DNA from: Moniliella sp. 'wahieum'
Taxonomy: Eukaryota
NCBI GenBank assembly: GCA_003971905.1
Contig: RSEE01000008.1
Location: 744,001 to 808,000, forward strand
Length of the DNA stretch: 64,000 nucleotides
Reading direction: 5' to 3'
Part shown: in pieces, positions 1 to 13,157 of the stretch
How positions within the stretch are numbered: position 1 is the stretch's first letter
Layout of the letters: each line of letters opens with the position of its first letter
Translations under genes and position numbers: made by a program
The notes under the pieces: model-generated
Databases searched by the model: none
Seen by the model: the letters and a program-made list of their open reading frames with translations, nothing else
What the model was told of the DNA's origin: nothing

Positions 1-1352
1 TTGCTGTCCTTTTGTTGTCGTGTACCTTGTTCCATCTGCGGGGAGCATTGAACGTCTATCGTCGAAAGTTGAACGTCGAACGCTGATCGCCGCAATCCTG
101 CTTCTCTCTGGGACGTACTTGATCTTCTTGTAGGCTGCTGTTATGATCAGTTGGCCTCTTTATTCTGTGGTAGTTATGGAGCACTCGCAGAAATATTGTG
201 TTGACCACCACGAGTCCACAGCCCATCATCTTCGCTTTCAGTCGCGCATGCCTCGATGCAGCGCGTCGGGCCAGGCATGCGGGGACGTCGACGGAGTTCC
301 GGCTTCAGAACTTGTCCCAGGTCATAGGTCTAGCTCTCCATTGCCTTTCGCCAACCCCGCTAGCTAGCCCGGTGACAAAATGGAATAGAGTACCCATCAG
401 TTTTGAAGTTTTTTTACAAGAGACCGCTTGACGATATCCGTCTCCACTATACTCACGCACCATCTGGAGTTTATGAGTGAAGGAGATGGAAGCCAGAGGG
501 TCCTGACATCGTGGTGACTGCACTGACCTCTTCACTGTATTAACACGAACAAGCAGCGCATGCCGGTTCATTGAGTGGGCTCGTTTATCCTGCGAATGGT
601 ATCAATTCAGAGTGTATAGGTGTGCGCTATATAGATTCCAACAGAGGAGTGGCGTCACGCGTCGAAGCTTCGTCTGGTCCAAGAATTCGGTTGAGCTGCG
701 CCGAAAGAGCGCATTATGCACGTACTCTCCTAGGACCGCAGCGCATCTTCTCTCCCGCTTGCAACTTCAAGCTGCGGAAGCGCAAGTGCTGCACTGCAAA
801 CGCCACCCCCCTAGCCGAAGCGATCGACACTACATTAGCCGATGAAAAGCGGAGATCGACAAGGGAGAAACCCATCGAAGAGAAGGGGGGTTGCCGTCGT
901 TGGGCCTAAGCGGCCTAACCACGGCCTAACCGCGCGGTGGCAAGATCGAGTAACCCACTGCAGAGGGTATATGTATACCTGGTCTAGCACAACCGTCGTC
1001 GTGCGACCGGTTGTATATAGGACAGCTGATACACAACGCTGTTGAGAAACGAGACGTGAAAAAGAGACTATTAAGGGGAGGGGTGCTGTACATCACAGAG
1101 AAAGTATACCCCAGTACCCTCTGAAGGACGTATAGGTGCGATGCATGTGAGCGAGCATTGTTGCGAGCAGGGGCTGATCTCCAGCCACAGCGCACAATAA
1201 CGTCGGCAAAAGTGGGGGCACTGACGGGATTGAATATCGACAGACTGCACACGCCAACGTTATAACATTTGAGGAAGGGTCTCCGGGTCATGCTGCCCCG
1301 GGCAAAAAAGGGAGGGTAGAAAATTGCCGCTGCACGGTTGACTCGGGGGGCT

Positions 1353-1377
1353 AGCGCTTAGCGCTTACCGTTACCGG
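1353..1377. repeat. Palindromic heptamer array (AGCGCT-T)2 followed by ACCG(T/G) units
   Basis: agcgcttagcgcttaccgttaccgg read directly. Confidence 0.6.
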
Positions 1378-1796
1378 CGGATACCAGTTTCGGCTATTAG
1401 GCGTTATGGGTATTAGGTGCATCGGGCCTGGCGGGACAGAGGTGTGGCTGAGAGCTGCGATTGAGAGCCGAGAGCTGGGAGAGCTGAAATCGCTGCCACA
1501 GGCCACGAGGGAGAAGGATGGGCTGAGACGTGCGCGTCGTAGCTCGCGAATTAGAACCACAACTCTATATCGCAACCACTTTTGTTGGCGGGGATGAAAG
1601 CGGGGGAGCGGGCATATTAAGGTACATCGAATGCTGGATGGAAACATAGGTACGTACGTGCGCAGTGGAGCATGGTGCCTGGGGCGTGGTGCGGGGAGAG
1701 GGAGATCGGCGGGGCAAGGGGGCGCAGTGGGCGGAGCTGCTGGGCGCGGGAGGAAGGGGCAGTGTGTGGCATGGAGGGAGGGGCGACTGTGTGGGA

Positions 1797-1841
1797 GTGG
1801 CAGTGGCAGTGGCAGTGGCAGTGGCGGTGGCGGTGGCGGTG
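1797..1841. repeat. (GTGGCR)n hexanucleotide microsatellite
   Basis: About 7 tandem GTGGCA/GTGGCG units in the G-rich region upstream of the RhoGAP gene. Confidence 0.85.
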
Positions 1842-2231
1842 AAGGCGACCCAGCGGGAGGGGTGCGAATAGAGAGGGTGTGCTGCTAGGGGATCCTGCCA
1901 TGCGCTGCGTCGGCTGCCCAGCTGCCCCGGATCATCCATCGACGCTTGGGCGGCGCCGTGCCAGCGAGTGGAGTGATGCGGGGCCTGGCCGGTGATCTGC
2001 CCTGGGATGATCTCGATGATCGATGATCGCTGCTCGATGTCGATTAGGCTCAGACCTGCGCCGACGGCCCGCAGGCGCCCCCTCGTGCCCAGGCACTGCA
2101 GGGCGCCAGCCAGAGAGCAGCGTGGTGCAGCAGCCCACCCCCCTCCCCCACCCCACCCCCCCTCCGTCTGCCTCTCCTCCCCCCGTCTGCTCCTGCCCAC
2201 CACCACCACCACCACCACCACAACCCTCGCC

Positions 2232-4943
2232 ATGAGGAGCAGCCGCCCTCGCACGCGCTCTCCCCCGCCCCCGCACGCCCAGCAGCCCCGCTCCCGCTAC
2301 CCCACACGCCCTCCCCCGTCCCACCACCCCAGCCTCAATCCCAATCTCAAACCCAACCCCCATCCCAAACCCAACCGCCCTGGTCCGCCGCCGCCGCCGT
2401 CATGCGCTTCGGCCGCACTCTTGCCCGCCGCCCTCGTCCCCGTACTGAGCCCGACCCATCAACTCATCCTGCAGCCGCTCGTCGCCCCACCTTGTCTGAC
2501 CTCCCCTCCCCCTCCGCATCCACCGTATTTGGTGTGCCCCTCAACCAGTCGCTCGCCCTTGCCAGTGTCCTCATCAACTCGCCCTCCCTCCCACCACCCC
2601 AATGCTCCTGCCCAGACGCCGCGTGTCTGAGGCCTCCTACAGCTGCTGCAGTCCACTCTGCCTCGACCCCTGCTTCAACTTCATCACCCTCTTGGAACGC
2701 ATGGGGTCGTGTGCCTCTCGTTGTGGCCAAGCTTGGCAACCTGCTCAAAACCGAGGCAGTTGAGACCGAAGGTATTTTCCGCAAGGTGGGGTCACAGCGA
2801 CGTATGAAGCTGCTACAGCAGGCCTTTGAGTGTGCCCCCGACTATGGTCGTCGGCTCCAATGGGCTAGCGAGTCATTTACCGTCCATGACGCCGCCTGCG
2901 TTTTACGCCGTTATATCACTTCCCTCCCTGAGCCCTGGTGCCCGTCACGCTCTGGGAGTCTTTCCGTGAGGTTGTGTGGATGATCACGTGGCGCCCCTAC
3001 CTCCCCTCTGGTCTTACGCTCAGCCCGACAGGTGTGCATCGGGGTTAGTTGGCTCGGCCAACAGGTGGGCGGCTGCTTCGGCAGCAGCAGGGGGACATAC
3101 GATGACCGCTTCGCAGTCCAACTTGTCTATTGCCCCACCCCGTTCGGCTCCAGCATCCGTCCCAGCGTCCCAATCTCAAACCCCCCCACTCGACCGCATC
3201 GGGGGCCACCATTGCGACGAATCCGCGCGAGGCAATTGCTCGATTCGACCAATTGATCCAACAGTGTCCCATCGCAAACCGGGATTTACTCCTCTATCTG
3301 CTTGACATGCTCTCTGTCTTTGCAAGCAAAGCCGATGCAAACCGCATGACGGCCAAGAACTTGGCCGTCATTTTCCAGCCCGGTTTCTTTTACCACCCCT
3401 CACTCCTCACCAAGCCCGAAGAACATCAGTTGGCCGTCTTGGCCCTCGAGTTTCTCATTAACCAGCAATCCTTCTTCACCTGCGGTTACCAACCTGCTGG
3501 ACAACCTGGTGCCACTAAGGCAGGCGAATCTGCCAACCTGTCCTCGTCCAATGACCGGGGCGGTGGGGGTGGGAGTGGGGGTAGGACTGGCCGAAGTAAT
3601 TCAGCCGGCCCACCGTCCTCTGTTCCCTCTGCAGGTGGAGGAAACTGTGCCCCTTACCGATCTAATCCATCTTCCCGCCCAACCTCGGGTCCATCGGGCT
3701 CTTCTCAGCATTCTACCCAACGCACACCTCATCTGGGTCTCCCCAACGCATCGTCGACGAAGGGCTTGCCCCCCCCCGTCGCATATGCACCCAACCTCCT
3801 CCGTGTCTCTTCCAAACAAGCGTCGTTTTTGTCCGAGAGTTCTTCCAAGACAGAATATTCTGGTGCACATGCCCACCCCCAGGGACGAGCCGACACCGAC
3901 AATATCCACCGAGGTATCTGAGATGTCGCGAGTGAACACCAGCGAGAATGATTCTGACCTCACCGGTCTCGCTGGTTCCAAACAAACCGCTACCCCTTCG
4001 CACCGGTACGAGTGGCGTCCCCGTCCTCGTTCGTTCGTCCTCTCTCACCAACGCTGGTCCTCGCTCCGGAAAAGAAGAGGCTATGGCGTTCTCAATCGGC
4101 GCGTGTGCCTACCACTTCGCATCGACTCAGCACCGGAGCCAGTCCGCGGCGTTCCGACCCCCCATCCGGGAAAGAACCTTCTCCTGTATCCGGTGGCGTA
4201 CACTTGCTTAAGAGGCACCATTCAGCTCCCTCGCAGCTCGAGTCCGGCCGTAGGCCCGTTCCCTTTCCCGATGCTCCTCCACTGACCAAGATGAATCAGT
4301 CGCGTTCCCCTCTTCGAGTTGAACCACCTCGTTCTACACCTGCACCTGCACCCACACTCGCTCCCGCGCCAGTCCCACCTCCAGCATCCAATCCACCCGC
4401 CGTTTTAAAGTCCACATCCGTCGACTCGTCAAACATCCCAAAGACTGGCAATTGCTCCTTTTCCCTTTCGGGCCCGGTGTTGGACGAGAAAAAAGAGGGG
4501 ACAGCTCGCTCTGCCAAGAAGAATTGGCGCAGTACGCTGTCCAGCCTCTTTGCTGTGGCTCAACCGGCTGGGAAACAGAGGTAGGGCCACCCAAATCCTG
4601 GGCCCGCAGGAACAAAGCCGACGGTTCCTTCCCTCAGATTGGGCCACCGTTACTTCCTACGGCTTCGCCTCGCCTGCCTCGCCTGCCTCCTCTCAAATTG
4701 GATGAACCTGTCCGTGCGCGTACTCCACTTGGCTCTGCAGCCCGAGCACAAACCCTACGTCCAAACTTTCTTCCTAAAGCAGAGGAACCGGAACAGGGGG
4801 GTATCACACCTCGGCCCCTGCACGAGCCCAAACTCTTCTCCCCCTTCCTGGGCCTCAGAAGACCCAACAGTCCACAGCTCTACTGCCTACTTCGGGCGAC
4901 GCTTTGCATTCTCACTCTCGACTGGATCGAGAGGATCGGATGA
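2232..4943 (+). CDS. Rho GTPase-activating protein (Sac7/Bag7-like), frameshifted in this sequence
   Basis: VFGVPLNQSL...VPLVVAKLGNLLK..ETEGIFRKVGS (arginine finger)...FTVHDAACVLRRYITSLPEP in ORF 2402..2983. Continues as LLYLLDMLSVFAS..NRMTAKNLAVIFQPG in ORF 3130..3921, then a long S/P-rich tail. Start and stop are approximate. Confidence 0.8.
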
Positions 4944-6046
4944 AGCGGGCAGAAGAATGGGGATGCAATGGTCATCTCCGTTCCCATTCTCTTCATCCTC
5001 TCGTCCCACGCATGTCCGTCGGTCCAGGATGAGTGTGGTGGTGAAGGTGTAAGGTAAAAGGCCCGACGAAACGGCGGGACCGATTCGTCTTGCTTTCAAT
5101 TGCTTGCACCTTGCTCTTTGCACTTTGCTTTCGAACATTACACCTTGCGCCTTGCTCTTTCTTTCATTTTCCCACTCTTCCCTCTTTCCTACACTTTGCT
5201 CGCCCCGCCCACGACGGTCAATCCACTCTGGTGCTTTGCTACGGACGAGATGTTTCTCTCAACCAACGTTTTACGGTTTTTCTTTTTTACCCTCACTCGC
5301 ATCTCCTGCGTCACGGATCCCGGTTTTTTTTCTTTATATCTAAGCCCATCTCTTCGTGTGTTGCACCTACCGAGTAGACTGCTTCTCTCTTTACGTTTCC
5401 ACCCAACGTTCCTTTCCTCTGGGCATGCCATTGCAGAAGGAATTTGCTGTATGCGATGCCCGCATGTCTGTCTCTCCCCCTCTCTCGATCGGCTGGTCCA
5501 GCGTACTGTAGGCACAGGGAGGACACACGGTCATTTCCCATACGTCGTTTTGTTGTAGTGCATAAACAGGATAGATCTGGGATCCGTCTGCGCACGACAG
5601 CGCATATGAGAACCCAGAGGGCAGTTGTGTTGGCCGCGCGTCTGGGTGTGCGCGTTCCAGGGGAGGCTTTGCACATGCAACCTTGATCTCACAATAAAAG
5701 GGCCGGTGGTCCAGCCCTTATAAAGTATTCTCCTCTCGTCTTCCCGGCACCCCCAAACTGCCGAACTTGTAGGACGTCCACCGTTCCATCTTTTGCTGGT
5801 GAACGCGGGGGTAACGCGTTTATTCTCTCCGCAAAAAAGGTGGAATCAGTGGCATCAACATCACATGCATCACACTGTGTGTGTCACGTGCTGGTCGTCA
5901 CACATCACGTGTCACATGTCACATCCGCTCTGTCATGTGTCACGTGACAGGATGGTGCACTGCCCTTACGTAAGTATGCGCGTCGTGTTGATCCAATGGG
6001 ACGCGTCGAGGCAACGAAGCGGTGGACGACCACAACAGTTGCCTCC

Positions 6047-6776
6047 ATGTCGGACCTGCGCAAGTCGATGGCATCCTCGCGGCCCTCGGTGTTCCTCCCG
6101 GCGCCTGCCGGTCGCCCGAGCGTCTTCCTTGGCAACAACGCGTCGTCTGCTCGCCCATCAGTGTTTCTCGGCAATGCTGGCGCCCCTGCTGCCCCTGGCG
6201 CCGCCGGCAGCAGCAGTACCGGCAGCTTTGGCTTTGGTTCGTCCTCCGCCGCGGAAAAGCGATGGGCATCGAAGCAGGCGGAGCTACAGGGATTGCTCAT
6301 GCTGGAGAACCAAGCAGCTAAGCTGGTGAGCGAAATCAAGACCTTGGACGAACGGGTGGGTGAGATTGTCGATGGCGCCGAGACGTTTGCCTCGGTCATG
6401 GCTTCTTGGCAGGGTGTCTTTCGTGCCATCCAAATCTCTCGAGGTACGTCTCCTTCCCGTTTGGTATTGCGACACTGTTCGTACTAACCAATGGATCGAT
6501 CCAGCCGATTTGGCCATGCTCTCCACGGAGACGGCCGGCATCATGATGAACACGGCTGCCGCTAGCGAAGCCGAGGCCCAAGCCGCTGCCCAGGAGAAAA
6601 AGGCCGGCGCGCCTGGGGCTGGCACTGAGGCGCCCGAGGAGGAAGATCCTTTGGCGACACTCGATGAAGACCAAGTCCAGGTCAACACACTGGTCCGTAT
6701 TCCCGTTGATGAGGGGGTTTGTGTCGTTGCCAACCCCGGCGAAGCTGAGGCATCAGCGGGCGCACTGCAAGAGTAG
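6047..6776 (+). CDS. DAD2: DASH/Dam1 kinetochore complex subunit Dad2; exons 6047-6443 and 6505-6776
   Basis: KQAELQGL...LDERVGEIVDGAETFASVMASWQGVFRAI and C-terminal TLVRIP motif. Intron GTACGT..ACTAAC..CAG (6444-6504) joins the two ORFs in frame. Confidence 0.8.
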
Positions 6777-7235
6777 ATTCGCTCTGCCTCTCTGTTGAGG
6801 GGAGCATGACCACTCGTGTTGCTGTGGTCCCGTTCGACTTCTTCCACGCTCTGCTCTTGCCCCCTGATGGCAGGTTAGGCGTTCCGTGTGTTCGTTTTGC
6901 TTCTCGCGCTGCTGTAGCTGTCATTGATACCCTGCTCCACTACGTTCCATTGGGCTTCGTCTATAGGTTACAAAGGTTGTGACATTGGCACATCATATGA
7001 TCTGAAGGAGAGTGGGTCGGTGCCAACGATGAGGTTAAACGTTGGAGAGACATCCACTTGGCAGAAATTGTACTTGACAATCCACCAGGGGGGTAATCAG
7101 GTGAAACAAAATGCGAGTATGCAGGCGACGATATCGGGTGAATATGGGAGCAACGGCGGGAGTCGAGCGAGCAGGGGTAAAGGAACAAGTCTTTACCTAC
7201 GCCGTTCGCAGCGCTTGGCCCGTTGACGGACTTCT

Positions 7236-10200
7236 TCAATGCCCAATCGGAGCAAATCCAGTGCTTCGATCGTGTCCGTGCGGGGCGATCGCGGTCCGAG
7301 GTGGCGACCCCGCCAAGTCAAGTGAGGTAAAGTTGAAAATTCCATGACTGGCAAGGGGCTTCATCTGGCGAAGTTGGGCCTTTGACCGAGCTTTCACAGG
7401 TTGCAGGGGATGCGTCTCACGAAGGGTAGCCATAGTGGTGGAAATGTGAGCCGGGGTCCCGGTTACGTCTGATCCGGACTCATTCTCCCCCCCTGTTCCG
7501 ATTCCCATATTGGAAAGGCCCACATTAGGCGATTCTAACTCGGCAAGTGACTGACGGAGAGCCGACTTGTGGGTGGGAGGTGATGCAGGAGGAAACGGAT
7601 GGAGATGGGAATATGGCTGCTGGTGCTGATGCTGGCGTTGATGCTGATGCTCGCGGCGGGGATAAAAGTTGCTATCTCCCGGATGAAAGGAAAGAGGAAG
7701 GGCCGCCTTGACCCCTCGTACGACATCCTTATCTGCTTTGGCGAGATTAAGAGCAGCTTGGGCTTGGAGTCGAATCTCGTTGCGTACAGCCGCAATCCGC
7801 TTGGGCTCGCGCTTAAATCGATGGTCCCAAACGCGATGTACCTCTTCGAACAACGCGGCCGGGCCAGGCTGGATGACCCCGACATGATGGCGTGGGACAG
7901 TGAGGGCGGTCATGAGGTGTTCCGGCTCCATCGGACGTACAATCCCATGTACCGACACCCTTTCACGAATCATGTTGTTGTGAAGCTGTGGCCGCTCAAT
8001 CGGTTCTTGTTTTGAGTAAGTAAACTTGTGCCGTCCAGGGCCATTGTCGGGATCACCCGTCCCGTCAGAGGGGTCCTCGGGAACCCACTCTTCTGTTCCA
8101 TCCGTTCGAGCGAGTCGTTTCACTGCGCGCCTGTGACCGCCTTGCAGAATGATGCGATGGCATGGTACATCAAATGGCCAGGGTAGGTAAACGCAAATGT
8201 TGGCATCACATGCACGCCATCATCCCATACTTGTAAGTGAACCTGGGTTGGTTGACCATCGAACCGTTTCTGAGCCTCAACCATGGGCTACCCCGCTTGA
8301 CCAAGTGAGGTGGGAGTGGATACTTGCCAGGGTTCGCAGCACGATGGGCCGTCCATATGATTTCGTCTCGGAGCGCTTCGTTGTTTCCCCCAAAATGTAG
8401 AGGGGAGGCAGGCCGCCCAAACTTCCGGCAAAGCGGGGGAGACGAGCGCATGGGTGAGCTGGCCATTAGTCGCATACAATTGAATCTGGTCATGGATCTT
8501 CAGCACCCGCGCCTCTGTCCCTCCCCGCCCTGAGCTCATGGTAACCGTCACGATCGGGTCATGCAAATGAGACCGTGGCCCAACGCGTCAGAAAGAGCTT
8601 GTTTGACTGCAGCAGGGCTAGGGCTGGGCAAGTTTGGGGGAGCCCACTCCCGTGTTTGAATTGCTCCCCATTTCCTCCAAGTTACACGGATTCGGCGAAA
8701 GGTCGGTATCTTCCTTGACCGCGCCGGAGGCTGGGACGGAAGCCTCTCTGCCCTGGCCGAAAGAAGGGGAAGAAGTACTGCGTCTAGCCTGGGCATCTTC
8801 TTTGTCCAAAACAGACGCCATAACGGAGTGTCCCAGTGGATGGTGTTCCTCTTGTGGTACCTGTTCCTTCACCTTCGTTGGACGCTTGAAAAAATGCGAA
8901 GCGGAAGGACGTATCGAGGGGGTGGGGGCTGGAACATCTTCTGTATCTTTTGGTGGGGGCCAGAGCGTCGATGGCTTGTGGATGAATCCATGATCTGGGA
9001 TATAGTCCTTTTTGAGGTTGGGTACGATGGAAGGGAACGAGTGAGTCAAGTCGCACCATGGAGAGAAAGACCGCGCCGGCAGGAAGGGGGTGACCCGTGT
9101 CGCGCAAAACTTGTAGCAAAGCAAGTATCATGCCCCCACCAGCAGAGTCGCCAGACAAGATAATTTTGCTAGGGTCCACGCCCAATCCCCATTTAGACCC
9201 ACGTGAATTGGAAGGATTGGAGGAAGACCCTTCCCTAGCCGCCATGCTTGTGTCCGAATCGGGAGCAGGGGAAATGAGGTAGAAGTAGGCAGCCAGCATG
9301 TCGTGCAAGCCACAGGGAAAGGGGTACTGCGGTGCAAGACGGTATGTGACGGACAGAGCTGCTCCGTCCATGTCTCGCGCATAGCGAGCGAACATCATGC
9401 GGTGAGTATCGTTAGAGCCAAAGCTAAGGTCGGAATGAATGTCAGACTCATGTAGCAAAGCGAAACAAAATACGCACTAATACGCCCACCATGACAGTAA
9501 AGCATGATGCGGTTCAACGTCCGGGGATCAATGTCGAACAGGTCAAGATCGGTCCTGGCTTCACCAGCTGCCGCCTCATCTCCCGAGTCGAATTCGTTCG
9601 AATCAACATCTGAGGCATCTCCAACTGGCCCGTTCTTCCACCAGGTTCACTTGCTGGGGATGTGAGGGGGGAATGTCCAGACAAGAACACGCAGTAACTG
9701 GTGGACATCGTGTGTGGCATTTTGCCCATCATCTGATAGGACTCATCTTCCTCCTCATCGGAAACAACAGCTGGTTCGGCGGTTAGTACATCGTCCCCAA
9801 GATGGGAGGCAATGCTCTTTCTGCCGTAGAGGGTGATCCAGGATGGGAAGTGAAAGAGCGGTCAGTATGGTCCGCATCAGAGCCACGGGCACTGAGTAAC
9901 TGGACTCCTTGGATGCCTTTCGGAAGGTCGACATGCCCTTCCGGGCTCCACGGACTATTTGGCCAAGTTTAATATCGGGGTGTCGTTCTGTTGCTTGTGG
10001 GAGGATCCGCGGGAGCGTTCAGGCATAGAGAGATATGGCCCCCGTCTTCGTTTTGCTGTACTCGCTTCAGCAATTGGTTTTGCTTCGGCAGAATCAGGGC
10101 GAGACGCGGAAGCTTCAAATGGGGTCGACGCCTCTGTTTTCCCATTTCTTGGGCCGCTGCAAAGATCCCGAAGGCAGCGACGTAGCCAAAGAGGTGCGAC

Positions 10201-10808
10201 TGGTATCGAGAACGGAAGCGGGTCTAAACATAGCACGGAAGCGGTCGCGCTTGCGCGTCCCCATCTCAGCTGCACGGCGACGGATCGTTTCGGCTGGGAC
10301 GATCCACTCGGCTTGCAGCGGGCAAGGTCGAACCTGCCACCAGCGGGGTCCGCCCAGCAGAGGGTCCAAGCCATGCGGATCCCCCGGAATGCCAACAGTA
10401 AAATGGTCGGTAATCACGGCTGCGGCCTTGCGGATGGCTTGGGAAGGAACTTGGGTGGTCTGCGCACGTACATGGGCCGGCACGGGAAGGGGCATGCTGG
10501 CAAAGCGCTGGATAGACTCGACCGTATCAAGGCACATGGCCCTAACGAATATGCGGGCGACAGAGAGGGAGAGGTCGTATAAGACCTCCTCATTGGCCAA
10601 GTCCGATCCTTCATGGGCATGAGAACGGGATTTGCGAGGGCGGGTATTGCGTCGAGAGAGGGGCGAGCGGAAGAGCGCTTGGTGGGACCGAGAGAGCGTG
10701 AGGCGGAAGAGGAGTTAGGGCGAGACGGATCAGAGGAGGTGCGGGCAATAGGGTGTGAGTCGGGGGAGCTGCGACGTCTTCGGGAGTGGTGTGCGAGGCG
10801 ACGGGCAT
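7236..10808 (-). CDS. Alpha/beta hydrolase (HSL/Abhydrolase_3 type, lipase/esterase), frameshifted
   Basis: GGPRWWQVR..LQAEWI; HGG oxyanion motif at about 9487 next to a short intron; YRLAPQYPFPCGLHD; nucleophile GDSAGGG; PWCDLTHSFPS; GGNNEALRDEI. Start is uncertain. Confidence 0.8.
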
Positions 10809-11080
10809 AATGGGAGAGAAGGGAGCGGACGACGGCTGGTAGATGCGTGTGCTGAGCGCAACAGCATTGAGAGCCATCTCCAAGCGGACGTCGTGTGGAT
10901 GGTGGTATGGATGCTACGGGCACAAGTGTGGCTAACGACCGAGGCAAGGAGGGGCTGTGCGACAATGGATCATCGACGGCAATGCCGACGCCCACTAGCA
11001 CTGCTGGGGGTCTTCGCAACACAAAAGTGACGTTCTGACGTTCCTGGTCGGCGCCAACTTCTAGATGGCCGTCACGGGCA

Positions 11081-11330
11081 TGTTGAACGTTGAAGTTGAA
11101 CGTTCAGTTGAACGTTGAACGTTTCGAACCGGCGCGCGCACTGGGGCAACGCGCACTGGGGCAAGCCCTGGCAAGCCAGGAAAGCCACCAGGCCAAGCCG
11201 CTGCCCAGGGTTCGACATTCGGCAGCACTATCTGTATCTGGTGTCTTTGATCCGTAAGTCTGTGCGTACGATCGATGATCGATGATCCCAGCGTTCGAGG
11301 TTCATATTTCAACGTTCAACGTTCAACGTT
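11081..11330. repeat. Cluster of palindromic heptamer arrays (AACGTT-N)n and (ATCGAT-G)n
   Basis: AACGTT units at 11085-11122; (AACGTT-C)3 at 11311-11330; ATCGAT at 11271-76 and 11278-83. Confidence 0.8.
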
Positions 11331-12317
11331 GCAGATTTACATGTTGAAAGTTCAGATGTCGATTGCCCGCTCTGCTGCTCGCCTGCATCCATTTCACATT
11401 AGCTGCTTCGGCCGCGATCAATGCGATCAAGACGCAACAACTAATCCATCCAACGTTTTGGCAACGTTTAATGGCAACAGCAAGTCCGTGCCCCCTTGCA
11501 CTACATTCACTTTGGAATCCAAATGGGGAGAAGCCCGAGGGTTTCCCTCTGAAAGAGTCTATGCCTTTCTTCATTCCACATCTCCAGAAAGGCTCTGATT
11601 ATCGCGATCCACAGTCGGTCTGAACGCCGCCCTCTCGCTTGTTTTTATTCATCCTGCCACTGAGCGTAGCACCCAACGTATTCTCGACATTCTCTCGCCC
11701 TCATTCAACAAAAAGAAAGGTGTGACCTGAAGACATGTAGTCAACGAAATGTGGGCCGTTTGGGGTAGTTGTGACCTGTAGGGTAGCAATACTATGTGTG
11801 CAAGCCGCGGCCGACGTACCTCCTCTTGATCCTCTGGAGCCGCCTACCACTGTCATTTTCTAGTCTGTCTGTATCGATGCCAACCATATCTGAAGCGAGC
11901 CATCCAACTCACGGAAATGCCCATATGCGACTTCTTCTCATTTAGGGCGACAGGGTTCCCACTGACCTCATCTGTCCACCTCCTCGATTCATCCACGAAC
12001 AGGAGACGTCGCTGTTACGAATTGGAGACGCTACAAAGGTACAGTGACCACTGGTTGTGGTATGAAAATACCAATTGAGAGGAGCATAGCATAGAGCCTA
12101 CGTTTTTGGGGGGAAGGAAGCAGTGTCCGTGAAGACAGGACCCTGAACGTGGTACAACTTCCTCTTGCCTGGTCTGGGCTAAGGAGTACGGGGTAGGAGA
12201 GGACATGGATCATGAGCCAGGCATGAACAAAAACCAGTTCATGGAACTCACTCTCTGGTCAGTCAAGGCCATATGTGGATGTGGGATGTTGCGCTGGGGC
12301 ACAACCTCAACACCAAC

Positions 12318-13049
12318 TTAGGCCGTCTGGGCCTTGGCCGCAGCGACGGCGACACGGTGGGCGTGGTGAGCCGCAGCCTTCTCCGCGCTGCGCGAAGCAA
12401 GGAGCTTCTCGTAGTCTGCCTTCTGGGCGGCCTGCTCACGCTGCTTGCGCACCTTGAGCGCAAAGAGGTGGCGCTTGTGTTGGAGGCGCACGGGGGTGAT
12501 GAGACGCTGGATCTTGGGCGCCTTGGTGTAGGGCTTCTTGCCCTCTGCCTTGGGCACAACCTCGCGACGGATCACGTACTGGCGCACGTCATCTTCCTTG
12601 GTCAAGTTGAAGAACTTGCGGATGTGGTTGGCACGCTTGGGGCCGAGACGCTTGGGCACAATGCTCGCCTCGTCCGTAAGACCGGGGATCTCCTGCTCGC
12701 CCTGCTTGACAATAACAAGGTGAAGAGCAGCAATGTCGGCAGCGACGATGCAGCCGCGGACCGACTTGCGCCGGCGCTCACCGGTGCGACGCTGGCGGTA
12801 GCACGAGTGGCCCTCGCTGAGCAGCAGACGGACACGGTGGGGCACAAGCACACCCTGCTTCATAGGGAAGCCCTGCTTGTCGTTACCACCGCCAATGCGA
12901 ACGACGTAGCCCTTGAACTCGTCGCCAAGAGCGTCAATCTCGACGTCCTGGCCCATCCGTTTCTCCCAGAAGATGCGGGTCTTGCGGTCATCGTCAATCT
13001 CGAAGCTCTTCTGAGCCCCGGTCGCAGGGTTAGCAAAGTTGAGCTTCAT
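12318..13049 (-). CDS. RPS6: 40S ribosomal protein S6 (eS6), 243 aa, intronless CDS
   Basis: [14 protein letters not shown]...[15 protein letters not shown]...[11 protein letters not shown]...[11 protein letters not shown]. Confidence 0.97.
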   Translation of the reverse strand: MKLNFANPATGAQKSFEIDDDRKTRIFWEKRMGQDVEIDALGDEFKGYVVRIGGGNDKQGFPMKQGVLVPHRVRLLLSEGHSCYRQRRTGERRRKSVRGCIVAADIAALHLVIVKQGEQEIPGLTDEASIVPKRLGPKRANHIRKFFNLTKEDDVRQYVIRREVVPKAEGKKPYTKAPKIQRLITPVRLQHKRHLFALKVRKQREQAAQKADYEKLLASRSAEKAAAHHAHRVAVAAAKAQTA

Positions 13050-13067
13050 GTTGGGCCAAAAAGAGAA

Positions 13068-13157
13068 CTGGAGCAACAGAGTCAGCACATCGGCATCCAC
13101 GAAATAAGAGCGGGCGGACTGGGAGGGAAGGGGCGTTCATCTCCCCAGGCAACGCAC
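13068..13157 (-). other. 5'-UTR intron of RPS6 (90 nt)
   Basis: Minus strand CAG|GTGCGT...GCTGAC...CTCCAG, ending 18 nt before the ATG. Confidence 0.7.

Noticed and set aside
143..1291. Several short ORFs and splice-like signals at the window start
   Set aside because: No recognisable domain or consistent exon chain could be built
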